Made by a program: the position numbers and the translations under genes | The notes under the pieces: generated by a model | What the model was told of the DNA's origin: nothing | The model's database searches: none | What the model saw: the letters and a program-made list of their open reading frames with translations, nothing else | Shown: piece after piece, positions 24,994 through 39,076 of the stretch | Layout: each line of letters opens with the position of its first letter | Numbering within the stretch: the stretch's first letter is position 1 | Assembly: GCF_006345805.1 (NCBI RefSeq) | Contig: NC_043009.1 | Location: 55,180,001 to 55,244,000 of the forward strand | Origin: Octopus sinensis | Lineage: Eukaryota | Direction of reading: 5' to 3' | DNA length: 64,000 nt

Positions 24994-25962
24994 CTCACTA
25001 ATTCCAGATAATGGTGAAGAACACTCAGTGACCATACTGTCTGGACTATTACTGATCATTGATGTCATCAATGAAGGTGACACCGTTTTCTTCATTTTAG
25101 TAACACTCTTCTCGCTTGAATCTGAACATTTTGGGATTCTTTCTCATCTTGAGAGTTGTTCCAAAAATCCCATTCAATAGAAGATTCCAAATCATTATCT
25201 CCATAGTCATTAGAACTCAAAGATTCATCTGGACTAAATAAACACTTGAATTTTGAAGATGTTACATTGCTGGACCTTTCGCTATTTTTTATCGGGATAT
25301 TTGCATTCCATTTCAGAATCTTCTCATTTGAATCTGATTTCTCTGACAATAACAACCTGTGATGATTTATGCCTTTTATTTTTTTACTTTTTGTTGCAAG
25401 ACTTTTAGGTGTGCTGGAATCATTGTCATCACTTTTGCAGGCTACATTTTCTGTGAACACCGAATTCCCTCTTGATCCTTTTTTCTTGGGGGCTTGACAA
25501 ACCTTTTGAATTATTAACTGACTCATACTTCTTTGCAGCTCAGGTGTTAAAGGTTTATTAGTTCTTTCTTCTGCAGATTTAGCCAGATTCTCACTTGCTG
25601 AGATTTTCAAATCACTTTTAGGACTTGTTTCATCTGACTGTGAAGAGCTCCAATCTTGTGCGTAATTGAAAACTTGGTGTGCTTGCTTCTGGTTAAAATA
25701 ACTTTTATCAACAAGTCTTTTGCTTCTTCTTTTAGACTCAAGTACATTAGGAGTAGAAGATCTACAATCTCCATCACCCCCTTGTATTTTTCTGCAAGTT
25801 TCTTTCTTTTCCTTGATTGAGGTTTCCACAGTTTTTTCATGTGTTTTACTATTCCAGTTTGGCTCATTAACCACATCAGGTTTTAATTCACTCGCATTAC
25901 ATAAAGATGGCACAGGAGAAACATTAAACTTTACTTTAGTCTTTTGATCTTTTTCTGAACAT
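24994..25962 (-). CDS. HMG-box protein, large coding exon 2 (apparent 1-nt frameshift near 25130)
   Basis: Acceptor ..ttttttttttgttacag|25962 (phase 2, joins AG|A=Arg), donor 24994|gtaaga. Ser/Lys-rich disordered sequence; frame 1 stops at 25092 but the alternative frame runs KCSDSSEKSVTKMKK..SSPLSGISE to the donor. Confidence 0.85.
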
Positions 25963-26286
25963 CTGTAACAAAAAAAAAATTAATTTAATTTCTTTAATTA
26001 TTATTATCAAAGTTTCCATATTGAATAACATATTTAGTAATTTCAGTAATTTATGCACACATTCAAGTTTAGAGTGAATATTTCCTAAGTAAAGCAGTTC
26101 CAATAAATTTTCGTGTTTCTAAAATCTACAAGCAGAGTCAATATTTTTTTTATTTAAGGTTCAGCTTAAAAATTAAAACTAAAATGTCACTTGAGAGAGA
26201 TATCATAAACAGCTTCTAAAATCTTTCAGGAACTTTCATCATCAAAATACAATAATTCTTTATTTAATTCTAATCACTTTTAACAG

Positions 26287-26289
<3 letters not shown>

Positions 26290-26319
<30 letters not shown>

Positions 26320-26900
26320 AATTATTGTGTATAGTGTTCAGGTGTACTACAACTCATGAAAGGTGCATGTGTATTACATAGAATTATGTACAAAAGTCAG
26401 GAAAGTGAACAGTGTATGAGTCATGATATACATGTGTGCATGCGTATGGAGGAGTGGGATATCAGGGGTAGTGTTGGCGAATTTCAAGAAGCATGGAGGT
26501 TTTAAAGGATGCAATGTCTTGGCAACTAACAACTGATGCAGGTAGTTTGTTCCATGCTTCAGCAACTCTGAGTGTGAAAAAATGTTTCTAAAAGTCATGG
26601 GAGCTGTGCTGTTTTCTGACTTTATAGGCATGCCCATGTCTTAGACACATGGAATTCAAAAAGATGCTCAAGGTAGTTGTTGGCACGATGATTAATAATT
26701 TTGTGGGTGTTTACCAAGTTAGTTACCAGATGTTGGAGCTTCAATATATCTATTCCCAAGGAAGCAAGGTGTTCGGAGTATGGTAGATGCCTGCTGAAGG
26801 GTATTCACTTGGTTGCATGTCTCTGAACAGTTCCCAGGAGGTCAATGTCCTGAGCAAGATAGGGGTTCCAGACTGGTGATGCAAATTCCAAGTGTGGCCA
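26290..26900 (-). mobile_element. CR1-clade LINE 3' fragment with (TTA)n tail
   Basis: Reverse complement closely matches 12000-12590 (..ttcctgaaattcgccaacactaccc..cactatacacaataatttcattattatt). Confidence 0.9.
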
Positions 26901-29900
26901 CACCATAGCCATATGTGTTGATACTCTTGGAAGAGTCATCTGTAACAACATTCATCTTACTTTTCCTGCATATCTCTTGAGGTTTATTAAGAGATCATTA
27001 GAATCTTCCTGAATTGAGAAATGTGTAACAGATTTCAAAACTCACTAAGCATTTTAGTGAGAAAGATATATATACACACATATGTATGAGATGGGATTCT
27101 TTCTGTTTCCATCTACCAAATCCCCTCACCAGGCTTTTGAATATTTTAATAATGTACATAATCAGACTGCTTCTACTGTAAGAGAGTACATCTTGTCTGA
27201 TTTGAGTAAAATCTGGAAAATTGGGAGATCTGTGTTCATTGGTAAGTAAATGTTATGTGCTGTGATAAAATCTTTTATAATTCATAAAGGTGTTTTTCTC
27301 ACTAAAATGCTTAGTGAGTTTTGAAATTGATATACAAAAATAGAGTGGACAGTGTAGAGAGTACAGTGTGTCCAGACTATCATACTGCACTCCATATGAT
27401 TTATGTATACACAGGCATGATAAAACTGGGAAGACAGATCTGTGGACTATCAATCGTTATGTGGCTGACTAGTTGTGTGTCAAAAGACTGCTAAATCAGG
27501 ACTGACCTAGAGCTGCACAACAACACACCAAAATAGTCCCAATATTGGTGGTCATATCAAGCTTTAATTTTATGCTGACCAGCAAACCTATGAATGAATA
27601 GCACAAATCACTCTGCTTATTATCATTGAGCCATAGTAGATCCTTCAGTCATGTATAGAAAACAGATAACAGGAAATCAAAACTGATGTAACAAGTCCTG
27701 ATTATTACACTGCATCTCCACTCACCCAAACCATCACATGATGGAATGTACAATGTGAATGCAGCCTCTCAGAGATGCATTATCTATGGGCTGCTGCTTC
27801 TCAATGTTCAATTAGATGCCTGCATAATATGAATCTCCTGAAACAGAACTGGCGAAGAGTTACTAAACGATAACAGCAGCAATAAAGAAGGAAGCCAAAT
27901 TTGATTTCATTACATTCAAAAAGATTTCTTTATAATAGACATTATATAAAATAGGGAAAAAAGCAGAGATATGTGCTATGTTTTTAAACAACAAAAACAG
28001 AAAATTATGAATAGAAACAAATATATAAAATAGAACTAATAAGGATAATCACAATTCTGATTTTTAATTTTACTATATTCTACCATTCTGAAGATAATAT
28101 AATGGTGTTTCCTATGACTGACTCTAATCCAATTCAAAGATACACGCCTTACTTAGCTTGAAGGTTAAATTTAGAAAATAGCATGTTTTTTTAATGAACA
28201 TTTTGCAGAAGTCAGACTCATATGCGTTATTCAACACATACTGGTTGATTTGAACATCAGATTATCGTTATTTAGAGAAACAAAGGCAGTGAGGTGCCAG
28301 AATCTTTTGAAGTGTTGGGAAAAAATGTCTTGTGGTCAAGTATTGGAGTCAATGGTATCAACTATCTCCCTCCTTTCAAAATTGCTGACCTTCTGCCTTA
28401 ATTAGAAACTCTTATTTAGAGAAACATATGGGTATGTTATTCTTTTTTTTATTTAAAGAAGAATGCAACCAGATTCAAAGCTGACATTTTTTCAATGAAA
28501 GCCAAACTGAATAAATACTTTATATCAGCTTATTAACAATTTTTCATTGCTAAAAATTGGATCTTTGAATTCATCTATGTCACATTTATGCCAATAGAAT
28601 CTATCGATTCACTCTCCCACTGATTCTAGTTTGACTAAAGTAAGGCTTCATAGGGTTAAAATAAGCTTTTATTCTTCTGGGAAAATACACCAAACAGTGA
28701 AGAGGATAAAAACTCAACCACATGAACGAAATTATTTATCTTGAATATTACCATCATCATTTAAAGTCTGCTTTCCACACACACACACACATTTTGATCA
28801 AACAGATTGTATTTTCCCCACATTTTAATTCTATGTGTATTAACCAAATTTAATATGATCAAAAACATTTTTTTTTTGTAATTATGAGGAAATTTACAAA
28901 TCTATTTTGAAAGCTTTATTTGACATTTCTTACCAACCATTTAAATATTTCTCAATTTTTATACAGTAGTCACTTCTTATGAATTAACCTAAATTTAGGA
29001 TTGCTGTCTCTGGACAAGGTATCTATAATACATTCAAAATACATGATTTAATAAAAACTATGTTACCCATCCATCAATTGTAAACTGCCAGTAACAGTAA
29101 CAATAAAAAATACATTAAAATCTCAAGGCAATAATAATTAAAGTGACTTATTTTAGAAACCTGATAGCTACATAAACTAAATGTAACCCCTATTGAAGAT
29201 TACAATAAATACAAAATTTTAAACCTGAAACAGAAAATTCCCACAAGCAACTGAATTGAAATTCAATTGTATTTCTGAATTAAAGAATAACAAAATTCTT
29301 CTGAAATTCCAAACTTAATTTACAATAAATAAATAAATAAATAAATAAATAAAAAAAGGCCAGAGTAGTTCAATGTAAAAAAAAAAATGATATTCAATGA
29401 TAACAGAAATAGTTTCGTTCCTTCTGATGCAATTTATCAGGAAAATAAGCAAATGATAACAAACTTTATCATTACTGAATATGTTCAAATTGTTTGTTTT
29501 ACATATTGATTTCTCTTCTAACAACTGTGTGTGTGTGTGTGTGTTTTTGCTTTCGCTTTTTTGTTTGCTTGTCTCGAAATAAGGATGCTTGTAGGATTTA
29601 CTGAGAAAGAAAATTGATTAACGCCAGTTCTTTGATTCTGTGAAATTGAAAACCAAGATAAAAAGGAACAGAACAGGGAGCTACATCTATTCAATTTGAT
29701 ATCCTTCGAAAACAACATCAATATTAAGGATCTTCAGAAGACGTAAAATCTATAAAGCTTCAATTTGTTATACATGGTGAATTCCATAAAATAAGGTTTG
29801 CACTGATCAAATAAAGAAACTGGCATAGAAGGGAAAATATAAATCCTATTTTAATTAAGTATAGATTATTTATAAGAATCTGTGGACTACTTCACATACT

Positions 29901-32340
29901 ACCTCTTCCTCTATTTCACCTTTAGACATTACATATTCAGCAAACTGAATTAAATTAACTTTCATTCAGACAATCATAAATGTTTTATTAATAGATGAAT
30001 GATATTAAGAATACTATAGAGGAGACACAGTGTAATATAAGATTAACTGTAAAGTATTCACATTTAGTTGAAGATATAGAAGTCATTAAAAAAAGGAAAT
30101 TTATTAATAATTTATTTTTTGCAAGCGTTTTCTAAACTCGCATTATAAAACACTTTCAGTGTATTGGTGCCCTGCTTTTAGCATATAAATCAATTTAGAG
30201 AAATATTCTTTCTGATACAGCCATCCTCACCTCCATTCAAAGGAGGATTTGAATTCAAAGCTGATAGCTAACAAAACACATTAAGTATACCTTGCCTACA
30301 ATGGAAAAAAGTACTTCATGGTATCTGATCACAAGCTAAAGCAACTAAGCAATTTCAAGTGTCTTGGCCAGATTGAGAACTACTGATCCTTTGGTTTGAC
30401 TAAAAAAAAAACAACATTCTTTTTACAGCATTGTAAAGTAACTTGAATAAAAATACAGAGAAAAACTTGCAGAAATGCTGGAAAAAAACAGAGGGAAAGA
30501 GATAAAAGCAGAATACATGATGAATCAGATGCTCATGTGAATACAAACGGAATAAAACAAGTTTTGCGTAAATCGGACCATGGGTTACCAAGATACGTGG
30601 TTTTTTCAAGTACCTTTATAAATAGCCAGCATATAATGGGGAAAATGCTTTGAAAGTAAGGTACCATAGAAATGTGAATACACATGGAATAACAGAAATT
30701 TTGCATAAATCTGACCACAAATTCCCGAGATACGCAGTTGAACTATTGGTGTCCCATTGGGTCACGGGTAATCTAGTAATACATAATATTGTAAACTAGA
30801 TACTTTAATGTCTTAGTGTGTTCAGTATTATATTTTATGTTTGTCCTCTTAGCACACAAGCACATTCCCAAGTGGCTTCTACTAATAACAAAGCTCTGTC
30901 CTCTAGTTTTATTATAATAAGAAAAAACAATGTACCATCCACTTTAAGTGATGACCTAATATCATCTACCCATACAGAAACTAAAGCGTTATTCCAAACA
31001 TTATGGAAAAGTGTGTTATCTGGCAGTCCTTGATAACTTAGAAACTCAAGGTCCTGAATTCCACCTACTGAGATAAAACAAGTAAAGAAAAAAAAACTTG
31101 ACTGCATTTATCAAAAAAAAAAAAAAAAAAAATGAAAGCTGAGAAAATTGAACTGACACTCTTTCTAAGAAATTAATAAATAATACACTTCTTAGAAATT
31201 CACTCTTAGGTGGTGTTTCAATGGACTTTGTAACAGCATTTATGTAAAAAGTATAAACACCATTTTATGTAACTTTTACAGAAACTTACATTTACTTGGA
31301 TCTGAAATATTATTTCTTTTAAATGAGCTTTCATTACAGATTCATTATAATCCCAAAGAAGACATCCATAAGTTGAAATGATTTCTTTCTCTTTTATATC
31401 ATTATCTTTCAGACAATATATTTTACTTAAAATGCTGTCTAATAGCATAAATTTTCCTAAATGTGTGTTTAAAATACTGTAAATCATTGTCTACCAAGGG
31501 AATCAATGAGTCTTCTATTCACAAAAACAAACTGAAATTAGTGAAAGAAAGCAAAAAACCCTGATGAACTGTAAATATATCTTTAACATAGAATGATTTG
31601 AAAGGTCTACTTTCAAACAAATAAATCTGGGAGACTTATAGAGTATGAGAAAATTCAGCTGTGCACCAATAAGTAGAGGAATCCTATTAATTGATTTCAA
31701 ATTTTGGCACAAGGCCAGTAATTTTGGGGAAAAGTGTAAGTTCAATTACATTGAACCCCAGTGTTCAAATGGTGCTTATTGACCCAGAAGGGATGAAAAG
31801 CAAAGCCAACCTCAGCAGAATTTAAACTCAAAACGTAAAGATGGACGAAACACCACTAAGCATTTTCCTCAACATACTGACAATTCTGCTAGCTCACCAC
31901 CTTAAGAATCCTTTTTATTGTCATTATGTTAACACATTTCTAGAATTTTTTATCTCAGTATCACAAAAGTAACAAAACCTTCCCCTTCCTTTTGTACTCT
32001 TATCAAAAGAGTAAAACAGATACATACAGCCAAAACCATACAAATCCATAAATCTGATAGAAGCAAAGGAATTAATATCGGTTTCAAATTTTGGTAGAAA
32101 GCCAGCAGGTTTGGGGAAGGGGCTAAGTCAATTACATCGACCGTAGTGTTCAACTGGTACTTATTTTATCAACCCTGAAAGGATGAAAGTTGACCTTGGC
32201 AGAATTTGAGCTCAGAACGTAAAGATGTACAAAATGCCACTAAGCATTTTACCTGGTGTGACAAAGGAATTAATACTAAGTATTTAATAACACAGCAATG
32301 TGATTGGTTATGTATTAAAATTAGTGCCTTCTTTGTTTAA

Positions 32341-32782
32341 CCCTTCAGTATTCAGATTACTCTGTTAAATGCAATGCTTATTTATTTATTTACATTGTTT
32401 TGAATTAACCCTTTTGTTACTGTATTTATTTTGAGATGCTCTGTGTTTCTTTCAATTACTTTAAATATAACTAAGAATTTAGTAAATTAACTTAGTTATC
32501 ATTCAACCAGTGTTAGGAAAATAAATTGTGACTAAAGTTTGATGGAAGATTTTCATTCAAAACTTATGAAAACAAGACATTTGTAGCCAGAGCCAGTTTC
32601 AGCCAGGTTGGTAATGAAAGGGTTAAACATGTATTATCTTGTAGAATTGAGACCACTATGATGTGATTGTTTAATTTTGAAGTGACATTGTAGGGTTGGT
32701 GTGAGAGGCAATATCTGGCCACTTTTTACCTAAAACAAGTGGAATATTTAGGGTGGATATGGCCAATTTATATGCTACAGGG
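32341..32782. mobile_element. piggyBac-like MITE containing a nested second MITE (32409-32622)
   Basis: Outer TTAA|CCCT..AGGG|TTAA; inner TTAA(32405-8)|CCCTTT..AAAGGG|TTAA(32623-6). Confidence 0.75.
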
Positions 32783-33881
32783 TTAAAACAAACTGGGGCT
32801 TTTTTTTTTTTTTTACATACTTTTGAGTGAGTCAAAAGATTGCGAAACACAGCCAGCAATGCTCTACAAAGTGAACAATGAAACAAGATAAACTATCATG
32901 AAATGCTAGAAGTCTTGGTGAAATGCATAAATGTATTAAGAGAGAGCAAATGCAGGAAAGTCCGACTTAAATGGCAGAATATTGACACAGCCAGCTGTAT
33001 ACTCAGAATTTTTAATTATCAATAATAATTAACAATGCTAACAAATAGTTTCAATGGTTACGTCAATTAAGACCAAATTGAAAAGATACTTCAGATTCTA
33101 TTGATGCTATGATAAAAAAAATTAGATGCATCATTTATAAGGTTAATTAAAGCCTATGTTTTCGAAACTTTCTGCAATTAGCATGAATTCATAAAAGCTA
33201 ACGAGATGAAACAAAATTGAAATGAATGAAAATGAATATTTATTTTTCTAGGAAGATGACCTGATTTTAAACATTGTATATTTTTATATTATTATTTGAT
33301 AAGTTCTACTTATTTTATATTTTTTTCAAGTGTATTTCATTAACACTGAAGTGGTGAGGTTTTACTGTTTTAAACAGTATAACAGTCTTCATCAAAACAC
33401 ACACAGATACACAGTACAAATGTCACAACAACAATATACAACGTTCTGGTTACTGTCAAATCATGTAAAAGTTGATGCATGTCACTTAAGAAATTATTAT
33501 ATAAAGAACACAGTAAAGTGACAAATGACACTTCAGTATAGATTGCAGGGCAATCGATTGTTTTGACGTAATGGATTTCATCAACTACATACACCCATTA
33601 ACCTGGAGCTGTCACAAATGTCACAGCTCAAGTTGCACATCTGCAAACTGACTTGTTGCACTTTTTACCTCCAGTCTGCTACTGTGAGACCACAACAGTC
33701 ATCATGAAGAAAATTCCATGTTACACTAAACATGACCTCATAATACAAACATAACCTCAAAGTCAATTTGCAGACAAGTGATTCAAGGTGAGACAGCTTT
33801 AGATAAAGCTTACTCAGACCTGATGAGACATAAGCAGTTGAAATAGCCAACAGGCTATCGTTTTCCAGTTTTATATATACA

Positions 33882-34254
33882 CTAGCAGTATCGCCCGGCG
33901 TTGCTCGGGTTTTAAGGGAAATAACTATAAAGCATTTTTAGAGAGTTATAGCCAAAAAATGGAAAAAAAAATGATGGTAAATTTTTTTTTTTAGTTAAAA
34001 AGGTCGAGTTGCGTCCCCTAGACAGTCTGTGGTTTGTGTTTCTGATTCTCGACCCCATGTCGAATTTATCGATTTTTTTCAGAACTGGGGGAACTTTTCA
34101 AAACTTTCGCTGCGTTAGTTTTGAATTATGACATTGGGCTATGTGTGTGTCAAGTTTTATCAGAATCGGTTGAAAGCCGTGGTCAGGGTGAGGGTACAAC
34201 CTAACAGACACACAGAAACACACACAGACAAACTGCCGTTTATATATAGAGAGA
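33882..34254 (-). mobile_element. Non-autonomous Helitron H1
   Basis: Minus strand A|TCTCTCTATATATAAA..CCCGAGCAACGCCGGG(hairpin)cgatactg CTAG|T: canonical Helitron termini, AT target, no TSD. Confidence 0.85.
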
Positions 34255-34432
34255 TATATTTCCTTTTAGCATTTAAACAGGGCATATCTGGCTCAAATAT
34301 TCTACCTGTTTTATGGTGAAACTGGATAGATCCAGCTTTTCCCTCCTATTCTGCAATATAATTTTACAAACAAACAATCACATCATTGAAAGCTTGAAGC
34401 TAAGAGATAATGCATGATTAATTCAAAACAAT

Positions 34433-34770
34433 CATCATCATCATCGTTTAACATCCGCTTTCCATGCTGGCATGGGTTGGATGGTTTGACTGAGGACTGG
34501 CAAGCCAGATGGCTGCACCAGGCTCCAATCTTGATCTGGCAGAGTTTCTACAGCTGGATGCCCTTCATAATACCAACCACTCCAAGAGTGTAGTGGTTGC
34601 TTTTACGTACCACCGGCAGGGGGGCCAGTCAAACGGTACTAGCAATGACCTTGCTCGAATGTTTTTTCACATGCCACCGGCACAAGTGCCAATAAGGCGA
34701 CACTGGTAATGATCACACTCAAATGGTGCCTTTTACGTGCCATCGGCACGGAAGCCAGCTAGCCACTAAG
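34433..34770 (-). mobile_element. RTE 3' UTR copy
   Basis: catcatcatcatcgtttaacatccgctttccatgctggcatggg..ctacagctggatgcccttc. Confidence 0.8.
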
Positions 34771-36347
34771 TTTATATCAAGGCTACTGAAATTCTATCTA
34801 AATTATATAAATTCATAACAACAAAAAAAGAAAATATTTAAATTGGAGTAGTTATTTACAATTGTTTCGTAAACTTAAATCTGCTACTGATCACATTTTA
34901 ATTATATACCCACAAGCTGTTTCCTTGTTAGAGGTGATATTTTTACTTTATATCAGTAGACAACATGTAGTTATATTGATGCACAAACAGTACACTACTC
35001 ACTAGACCCCATTGTGATGCATTAGATTAAATCTTTCTTCTTCAACACCATTACTTTAATCTGCATTGATTGTGTGTTACTTCAACAGCAAACCAACTGA
35101 AATCCAAGAGAATATTAATCCCTGAAACAGAACGAAACCAAAAATCCTTCTAAAAAGATTAGATGACCAGCTCTTAAATATTTTATAGCATTCAGCTATG
35201 AATAAAAATAGATGTTATGCTATCATACAAAATAAAAGATTACAACATCAAAATAAAGTGTTGAGTACTATAGAATAGAGATAACCTCTTTGTTTGTTGG
35301 ATTCATGACCCAGTTTCAGTTCTACCCTTGAGCCATTTACTTCATTTTACTTATGCTACAAATAGTTATAATAAAAGCTTGAATGTCACACAATTTTCAT
35401 TTATAAATTTGAAGTACTGCGCCTATTGTAAAAACTTATAAGAAATTCAAAAAGAACTCCCACACAAAGTTTATATATAAAACTCAATCGCACAGTATAT
35501 AAAATCTAGTGAGAAATTATACTATTCCAAATGCCAATATTTGTATCTAGTTTTTGATGATTCAGTTAAAAATTCAGTTCATGTGACTCAATAACTACAA
35601 AACCTCGATCGGTTAACATTCTTAATCTTTAGATAAATTATATATTTAACACCTACCATGTTCAATCTGCCATATTTACTGAAATTATCTTTGAACAAAA
35701 TAAATTAAAATTTTACACAAACACAAGCACACACACATTAACCAAATACCCAACGAACACTGTGAAAGTGAACATGCTTTACTGGTAAGCTACCAGATGT
35801 ATACCATTTTTGATTTACATACTTTTCTCTTTCTACAACTTTTTCAATGCACCAATTAATTCCTGGTGAACAAAATCTACATTTCAGTTTTGATTTATAG
35901 TTACAAACATTTATATTTATGTCATAAATTCTCTTGATAAAAGGATTCAACATCACAAATTACCATTTCCTCTGCTTTACAGAATCTGAGATTTCATACA
36001 TATGTAAGACAATATTAGCATTGTTTATATATAGTTGTTCATATATATATATACAAAAAAATGCTACATTGCAGATTTATCTATCCAACGCCAGCAACTT
36101 CACCAATATCATTGAAACTGAAGGAGAATAATAAGAGAAAAACTTACAGTTCAAACCTGACAGGCTATTGTAAAATACTAATAATTGATTAACAAAAAAG
36201 CAAGATGTAATGTATTCTGAACCAATTGAAACCACAAATAAATTTGTATTTGTTTCATTCTGTAGGCTCCTATGCTACCTTAGACCAATGCTACTTTATA
36301 ACAATAATTCAGATTGAAGTAATTAAATAAATGAAGAAATGAGTTAC

Positions 36348-36835
36348 CTTTTCTTTAAGATTCCCTGCTGTACAAAAGGAGTTTCATCAACTACCACCGG
36401 AACAGAGTAGCTGAACTTCAATCTGGAAGCCATGTATGTCTTACTATTGCTTCTTTGAAATGATGATGAAGATGATTCTTCAGTTGGACTAGAACTTGTG
36501 AAAACCTTGTCTTCATTTTCATCAGATGGTCCAGACAAATCATCTTCGAAAAGATTCAACTCATTTAAATTATGGTGTTGACTGTTACTCTCAGGTTTTG
36601 TTGGCTTGCTTCTCTTTTGCTTGCAGAGCTTTTTCTTTGAGCTGCTTTTTGTCACAGATTGACAGAGCACAGCTTTGCTGTAATATTTCTTTTCAGAAAG
36701 ACTTAAATCATTCCACTTTTCTCTTAGTTTCTGTTGTATCTGATCCAGCGTCAGAAAAGGATAAGCTGTTGTCAGTCGATTTTTATAATCATTACAAAAT
36801 ACAGTAAAACTGGCAACCTTTTTAACTTTACTCAT
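36348..36835 (-). CDS. Uncharacterised HMG-box protein, first identified coding exon (HMG box at N-terminus)
   Basis: Acceptor ..tatctcgtttcag|36845, ATG at 36835, donor 36348|gtaact (phase 2). KVASFTVFCNDYKNRLTTAYPFLTLDQIQQKLREKWNDLSLSEKKYY fits the HMG-box consensus (SAF..F..E.R..L...NP.LS..EI.K.L.E.W..LS.EEK..Y). Confidence 0.85.
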
Positions 36836-38643
36836 AATGGCTTTTCTGAAACGAGATACACATAAACATACATACATTTATTAATGTATAAGAGTGTGTG
36901 GATACATACACAGTACAGCAAATTTTGAATATAAAATAGAATATAATTTATTTTATAAACTTAATAAAGACATCTTATTATTGTATTCAAGGAAGAGAGG
37001 GCAATGGCCATGGCCTGAATAGGCATTTGTTTGAGAACACACAAAAAAAACCTGAAACTAGTGAAGTAAAAAAATTTGATCTAAAGTATTGGAAGAGGGC
37101 ACATGGTGAACTTCACTTGATTGCATATAGTATTTGGTGTAGAGTGTAGGGAGAGAAACACTGTATGGATATCAGAAAAAGGAAACCAGTTCTGAAGAGC
37201 ATAAAGTATTATTGTACTCTGAATTCAGTTCAAAAAGTACTTAATCTTTTAATTCTTGCTGCACTTGTCATTGGATCACCCCTTCTAGGAATAAATATTA
37301 CTAATAATGGTTTGTGTTCAAAGATAAAACCATAAACTTTTTTTGAATAAAAAATATGTGTTGATGGGTTTACTTCTCCAAATTAAGACCAGTTTCTTAA
37401 AATATTTTGGAATTCTAAGCTCCATTCGTTGAATTTTCATATGTTAGCTATGGACATTTTGCTTTTGATACAATATTTGACATCATTGTTCTATGGATTT
37501 TCAAGTTGCAGCATCAGATAACTTAGATCCAGACATTCCTATCTATTAAGTTGTTAAATCTACTTTTCATTTCTCTTTAACAATTTAGTATGATAGAAGG
37601 AACAGGTTAACAAGTTCAGGGACAGCTTTAATCATTGTAATTTTAAAAAGTCAAAAAATACTTTCAGCTATGAAATGCTGACTTCAATTTTGGCTAAAAT
37701 TTCTTTTTGCCTTATTTGGCAGTCTCTAAGCTTTAGGATAGGATCTACAAAATGAATCTAATCCCGGAAATTTTATAGGTGAAGAAGAGAATTTGTTTAT
37801 CCATAATCTTTATTGGTACATATCTAACATGTCTTCCAAATGTTTGAAATATTCAGTTGCAAAAAATTTGTAGCATCTTAAACTTTATAAGAGAAATCAG
37901 ACATAATATATAAAAGAGACTGTACAGTTATGAGCATGTGATGAACACGAAAGATGAATGTTGAGTAAGGGAGGGTCAAGTGATCTAAGAGAAAGGAACC
38001 AACAAAAGAGGAAGACATGAGTAGAAGGGTTAAGACTGAACCTCATGAAGGAGATGACAAACAACCATAATGTGTGAAATACTGTGCTACAGAAGACCCA
38101 CCAAACCCATGCAAGCATAAAAAAAATGGATGTAAAATTATGAATAACATGTATTTCCTGTAATCAGCTGCTAAGTAAATTTATGAACAGTTTCAGTGAC
38201 ATAAAGCTGTATGACCCACTGCTGAAATCATGACTTTACTTATTCATGAATTGATTAGAAATTCTTTTGTATTTTTACTGTTTTCCAGATAACTACAGAT
38301 ACTAGGTACTCTATCGTACAATTATAATGAATCCTTTAAGCAGGGAGTGATTAAGAGGGTTTTTTGATCCACCTCCACATTTTACAGACCCAAGACCCAT
38401 GGATAATTTCCTTCCTTAGCTATCATTTTGCCAGATGTTCAATAATAGTTATCTGTAGTTTCTCCAGATGTTTTTTTTTTAGCAAGCTTTTATGTATTAT
38501 CCATTCTTATTGCATATGATATGTATGTAGTTTATATAGCAACCTTGAATGATCCATCTAAGACCATACTAATATAGCGACTGGTTTTAAATTCATTCAG
38601 GAAGGGTTAGCAAGCAATAGTAAATTTGTGAAATATGATCATA

Positions 38644-39076
38644 CTAGCAGCATAGCTCGGCGTTGCCCGGGTATGTAAGAGCCCCTAGTAGGCAACGACT
38701 AATCCCAATCTAGTCCTTTCCCTCTAGGGAACGAAGGCACATGTGTAGGTTGCAATGTCTTCTCTTCACTCCCAAATAACTATTAAACAGCTATCGATAA
38801 TTCAACCCAACCAATTCCTACCAGGAAGAAATTACATTCGAGACTTTACCCCCAACACCGCCACTTCTGCTAATAGCTGCTGCAGCCACAAATTATTCAA
38901 ATACTTTTTCAGAACTGGGGGAACTTTTCAAAATTTTCACTGCGTTAGTTTTGAATTATGACATTGGGCTATGTGTGTGTCAAGTTTCATCAGAATCGGT
39001 TGAAAGCCGTGGTCAGGGTGAGGGTACAACCTGACAGACACACAGACAGACAAACTGCCGTTTATATATAGAGAGA
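38644..39076 (-). mobile_element. Non-autonomous Helitron H2 (5' half as in H1/H3, different 3' half)
   Basis: A|TCTCTCTATATATAAA..cccgggcaacgccgagctatgctg CTAG|T. Confidence 0.85.

Noticed and set aside
30835-31068. Protein-like frame GGIQDLEFLSYQGLPDNTLFHNVW.. after a good acceptor, as an extra HMG-gene exon
   Set aside because: Its entry phase (1) is incompatible with the phase-2 donor at 36348, which already joins 25962 in frame; no recognised homology.
33480-33860. GC-richer segment considered as an exon or transposase remnant
   Set aside because: No frame gave a recognisable motif or compatible splice sites.
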